A stretch of DNA of 48,711 nucleotides, taken from Candidatus Hermodarchaeota archaeon (GTDB lineage: Archaea > Asgardarchaeota > Thorarchaeia > Thorarchaeales > Thorarchaeaceae). This document shows positions 48,428 through 48,711 of this stretch, in pieces. The notes under the pieces were generated by a model, which was not told the DNA's origin, ran no database searches, and saw nothing but the letters and a program-made list of their open reading frames with translations. The translations under genes and the position numbers were made by a program. Positions within the stretch are counted from its first letter, which is position 1. Each line of letters opens with the position of its first letter. Location of the stretch: assembly GCA_048885865.1 (NCBI GenBank), contig JBHLLF010000021.1, positions 1 through 48,711 of the forward strand. The letters are read 5' to 3'.

Positions 48428-48526
48428 AAAATGAAAGGGTGCTCAGCAATGTGAGAAGGGCATTTCCCCAATACTCTATCTCACCGCCGCCTCTACTTCT
48501 CTCTACCTTAGAAGGTAAAGAAGCTT
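48428..48526 (-). other. 16S rRNA 3' trailer (two hairpins + U-rich end); master copy of the repeat
   Basis: Minus strand: CUUCU-UUACCU/AGGUAG-AGAAG and CGGCGGUGAGA/UCUCAC-AU-UGCUG stems, ending CCCUUUCAUUUU. Confidence 0.75.
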
Positions 48527-48711
48527 AGGAGGTGATCCATCCGCAGCTTCCGCTACGGATACCTTGTTACGACTTCTCCCTACTTGCGAACCCAAGATTC
48601 GTCATCGCCCAGTGGACGACACCTCACCCCAAGTCCGCTCGCATGGAGCGACGGGCGGTGTGTGCAAGAAGCAGGGACGTATTCTCCGTGCGATAGTGAC
48701 ACACGGATACT
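48527..48711 (-). rRNA. rrs: 16S rRNA gene, 3' terminal part (continues beyond window)
   Basis: Reverse complement contains CACACCGCCCGTC, AAGTCGTAACAAGGTA, helix 45 and GGATCACCTCCT. Confidence 0.98.

Noticed and set aside
48274-48471. N-terminal extension of the 253-aa ORF
   Set aside because: It runs through the rRNA trailer; family similarity begins at MSKIE (48273).
27818-48513. Repeats as a CRISPR array or IS/MITE ends
   Set aside because: Spacers are 0.6-9.4 kb and contain genes; I saw no cas genes, terminal inverted repeats, target duplications or transposase.
1-48526. tRNA genes
   Set aside because: No cloverleaf or convincing T-loop context found by eye; tRNAscan-SE would settle it.

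Overview
Archaeal genomic window, probably Asgard and Thorarchaeota-like. That assignment is inferred from a Rab-like GTPase, cdhAB, many Lrp/AsnC-type regulators and an unlinked 16S gene. The window holds about 50 CDS, mostly transport, redox and regulatory genes, and ends in the 3' ~185 nt of a minus-strand 16S rRNA gene. Four things stand out. (1) The ~85-nt structured trailer just downstream of the 16S 3' end recurs six more times as same-orientation copies (27818, 33808, 34462, 36808, 38127, 47605). The copies share one fixed end and are variably truncated at the other, and one still carries the last ~40 nt of 16S. They divide ~20.7 kb of accessory genes into cassette-like blocks, which suggests an rRNA-anchored gene-capture array; no integrase is visible. 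(2) An unannotated tandem pair of micropeptides, one ultra-acidic (26 aa) and one ultra-basic (24 aa), each has an SD site, and a hairpin follows the pair. (3) An RHH-associated cluster has helically phased TGTATACA boxes, an unknown domain fused to a PARP-type zinc finger, a Glu-less zincin and a stand-alone paralogue of the unknown domain. (4) Two palindromic operator-like motifs are shared between distant loci.
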